Made by a program: the position numbers and the translations under genes. A stretch of DNA of 36,273 bases. Origin: Neovahlkampfia damariscottae. Lineage: Eukaryota. The notes under the pieces are model-generated. The model saw only the letters and a program-made list of their open reading frames with translations, was not told the origin of the DNA and did not search any database. Location: positions 1-36,273 of the forward strand of contig JABLTG010000181.1 in NCBI GenBank assembly GCA_016618085.1. Direction: 5' to 3'. Below are positions 33,278 through 36,273 of the stretch, piece after piece. Each line of letters opens with the position of its first letter. Within the stretch, counting starts at the first letter, position 1.

Positions 33278-33517
33278 TATTTTTTTTTTGGTGTTTGTGC
33301 AAAAAACAACAAGAATGGGAAAATTTAATTGGCCAACGGAACAAATTTTTTTTCGTTTTGTTGAAAGAAAAAATTTTCCAAACAAATTCCAATTGTTCAG
33401 TAAACTTTGGAGAAATTTAATCCAAGGTTGGTTCAGGTTTGAACTGTTTGATTGAATTGCTGTTTGTTATAAATATTCCAAAATCCGCCAATCATTTCTA
33501 ACCAAAAACAAAACAAA

Positions 33518-34769
33518 ATGAAAAAACGAGACATTTCTCCTGATAACTTTTATGGTGATTCTGAAACACAAAGTTGGAGAGATCAATTGAAAAAAAGGAA
33601 AACTCAACATGAAGAACAAAGACATCTCAAAATATTTAAATTCTTTTATAAACAAGAAAATGCTCTACAATTTTTGAAAGATTCAGCATTAAAACAGAAA
33701 TTATCAGCATTTTCATTTGAAAGTGAACAATTTTTGTTGAACCATTTTTCATTAAAGACATCACAACAAAGAATATTTCTAGTTTGCTCATTAGACACAT
33801 TTTGGGAAGAGTATGAATCAATTCCCAGAATTTATCATCATTTCTATGAAATTATACCTTATTTTGAAGCTTGTAATATGTACTTGGATTGTGAATTCAT
33901 GATACAAGCGAATTTAAATGTGAATGGAGAAGAATTGATTCAAACACTTTTATTGGAACTTAAAAATTTTTTAAAGGAAAATTTCGATTTAATATTGAAA
34001 AGAGAGTTAATTTTTGACTTAGATTCAACTTCAACTTCAAAATTCTCAAGACATTTAATTATTCATTTGACCAATGAAAAATCGGAAAAATTTGCATTCA
34101 AAGATAATCGGCAACTTGGATTATTTATTCAAAAATTCTTAAAATTTTTGATTCAAAAACATCCCGAATATATGGTAAATAAAGAAAACTCAGAAGAAAA
34201 AACATGCTTTATTGATTCATCAGTTTATTCAAAAAATCGGACATTCAGATTATTTCAATCAACAAAAAAAGGAAAAGATTCATTCCTTGAAATATCTAAA
34301 ACAAACAAATCCATTTATTCAAGTGAAAAAGAATTTTTAACAAATTCACTTTGTGTCTGCAAAATATATGACAAATTAATCAAAATTGATGAATTAGATA
34401 TTCAGCAAATTCATGAAGCAAAAACGACACAAAATTTCGAAAATTTGGATGACTTAAATGAGCTTGTAAATAATTTAATTTCAGATGGAAGAGATTTTCA
34501 AGTTGGAAAAATTGATAAAGTTATCAATCTTGATGGAAAAAATTAATTTACAGTATCAAAAATTATCGATATTGTGAAAATATTAAAAGACCTCATAAAT
34601 CAAATGGAATTTATTTGTTGTAGATATTGAAAGAAATTGTATTTTTCAAAAATGTTATGATCCAGACTGCAAAGATTTTCGAGGATTTGAAACAAGATTA
34701 CCACCAAAAATCATTGAAACTTTGAAAAAGAAAAAATGTGAAAATGATACATCAATGAATATTGAATGA
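33518..34769 (+). CDS. PRIMPOL: PrimPol with a UL52-like zinc finger; two 1-nt frameshifts in the 3' part
   Basis: HFYEII, YLDCEF (DxE), KFSRHLI (SxH), FIDSSVYSKNRTFRL. Downstream frames give YRYCENIKRPHKSNGIY and QKCYDPDCKDFR; TGA at 34767-34769. Confidence 0.9.
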
Positions 34770-34771
34770 AT

Positions 34772-36273
34772 TTATTTTTTAATTTTATTTTTTTTATCTT
34801 GAATTGATTTATATTTTTGATAGGCTGTCTCAATTTCTTTTTTAACAGTTGAATCTAAAATATCATAATCTTCTAAATGATAACAATTTTCATAATTCAT
34901 TTTAATATATTTAATGCAAATTCTTTTTAAAATCATGTCACCATAGAGATCAGCAATATTCAATAATTGACATGAAATTGAAGGTGATAAATTCTGTTCA
35001 ACCAAAGTTCTACAATTTGATGCTAAAACTGTTAATTGAAACATTAGGGAGTAAATTAAAACACCAACACAATTTGATGTTGTTACTTCAATTTTATCTC
35101 TGTAAATAAAATTCAAAATTTCAAGAAATGCTTCTTTGTTTAATCCTTCTAATTCAATTTCTTCACTTGTTGATTCCATCATTCCACTACTAAACATATT
35201 TTCAAAATGAGGACTTCTGCAAAGAATAATTTTATGTGTTGGTACAACAATATCACCAACTCTGATTTTTAAATCAGAAAAATTTTCGTTATCAACTAAT
35301 TGTAATAAGTCTTCTTCTAATTTTTCAAGAATTTCAGCAGCAGTTCCTAAATTTGAAGAAGATGCAGTACATACTTTTAATAAAGATGGATGTAAATCTG
35401 GATTCCATTTTTCACATAATTTTAATAAATGTTCAATATTTTCTTTTCCTATCAATGATAAATTACCTGAATAAAGGAATGAAATATATGCTTCTAAAAC
35501 TTCTGCCACAATATCTTTCATTTTGATTGAATCTTCATTTGTTGACTTCATTAATTCTAAAAGATGTGGACATCTACAACTGAGAATACATTTATGAGCT
35601 TTGATTTCACAAATTTCTCCATTCATATTTGGACAAACAAATGAAATATCACACATGAATTCATTTTTTCTTTTTTGAACAAGATAATCAGTCAACATGT
35701 ATTTTGATCCTGGTTCATAAATATCATTGATTGTGATGGCATTGTCATGTACTTTTTCTTCATCACTTCCACCTAAAATGAAAATTTGATTTGAAATTAA
35801 TTCTGTTTTATGTCCTTTAATTGGAATTTGAAGATCTCCAAGTTCTGAATCGGATTTATTCATGATACTCATAATTTTCCAATCTTTTGTTCCTAAATCA
35901 CAACAATACATTGTATTTGAGATTTTATTATCTTTAACACCTCCATAAATATATAATAATCTATTTGAGATTACATTCATTGAAAAATAAGTGAGTGGAG
36001 GATATTGTGAAGTTGTAACAATTTCTGTCCATTGTTTATCTTGAAAATCAAACATCCAAATATCATTTAATCCTGAGTATTGTGTTGCCCCACCAACAAT
36101 AATCATTGATCCATTACAAATATCTGCTGCATGAGAATATCTTGCTACAGGCCAAGGTTCATCATTTTTTTGTTTAATTTCTTTAATCATTAAAAATTGA
36201 TTGAAACATCCAACACCATTTAATGTATTTACGTCATAAGAAAATTTAATTTTATATAAATCATTTTTACAAT
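34772..36273 (-). CDS. Kelch-repeat plus double BTB protein (LZTR1-like), 5'-partial
   Basis: PVARYSHA...IVGG, YIYGG, FILGG; BTB IKAHKCILSCRC and VPTHKIILCRSPHF..MFSSGMMES; frame open to the window edge. Confidence 0.9.
   Translation of the reverse strand, partial: CKNDLYKIKFSYDVNTLNGVGCFNQFLMIKEIKQKNDEPWPVARYSHAADICNGSMIIVGGATQYSGLNDIWMFDFQDKQWTEIVTTSQYPPLTYFSMNVISNRLLYIYGGVKDNKISNTMYCCDLGTKDWKIMSIMNKSDSELGDLQIPIKGHKTELISNQIFILGGSDEEKVHDNAITINDIYEPGSKYMLTDYLVQKRKNEFMCDISFVCPNMNGEICEIKAHKCILSCRCPHLLELMKSTNEDSIKMKDIVAEVLEAYISFLYSGNLSLIGKENIEHLLKLCEKWNPDLHPSLLKVCTASSSNLGTAAEILEKLEEDLLQLVDNENFSDLKIRVGDIVVPTHKIILCRSPHFENMFSSGMMESTSEEIELEGLNKEAFLEILNFIYRDKIEVTTSNCVGVLIYSLMFQLTVLASNCRTLVEQNLSPSISCQLLNIADLYGDMILKRICIKYIKMNYENCYHLEDYDILDSTVKKEIETAYQKYKSIQDKKNKIKK

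Noticed and set aside
33518..34769. PrimPol as a sign of an endogenous virus or Polinton
   Set aside because: It has cellular CCDC111-type motifs, sits among housekeeping genes, and no capsid, packaging ATPase or integrase is nearby.
1..36273. Alternative genetic code or stop readthrough to explain fragmented ORFs
   Set aside because: Short GT-AG introns restore conserved proteins (ADSL, RasGEF) under the standard code.
1..36273. tRNA or rRNA genes
   Set aside because: No cloverleaf or rRNA-like conserved segment was recognised by eye; a covariance-model scan was not run.

Overview
This is very AT-rich eukaryotic DNA, not prokaryotic. It holds about 25 tightly packed genes with tiny (about 29-46 nt) GT-AG introns and a CCAAT box roughly 15-50 bp upstream of almost every ATG. 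Gene content (RGS proteins, 7TM-RGS, GEFs, Kelch-BTB) suggests a free-living protist, possibly heterolobosean (inference). Most of 12.2-36.3 kb is housekeeping or signalling: ADSL, PSI-domain pair, GT49, PPT, EEP, RhoGEF, GPCR-RGS, ATRX-like SNF2, ABHD17-UBX, CSN9-like, PrimPol and Kelch-BTB. The highlight is 6138-10565, a transposase-free DNA element with 217-bp modular terminal inverted repeats. It carries a MazF/PemK-like gene (one frameshift or a 49-nt intron), a hidden 3-exon 61-aa gene head-to-head with it, a degenerate CYTH-like gene with acidic repeats and an older internal terminus. It also contains a nested hAT-type element (8-bp TSD) with its own membrane-protein cargo. This is a candidate eukaryotic toxin/antidote cargo transposon. 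Other oddities are an in-frame cytochrome b561-DH-PH-RasGEF fusion, a desaturase truncated at a TA junction, and PrimPol frameshifts. All family calls come from motif recognition by eye; no searches were run.
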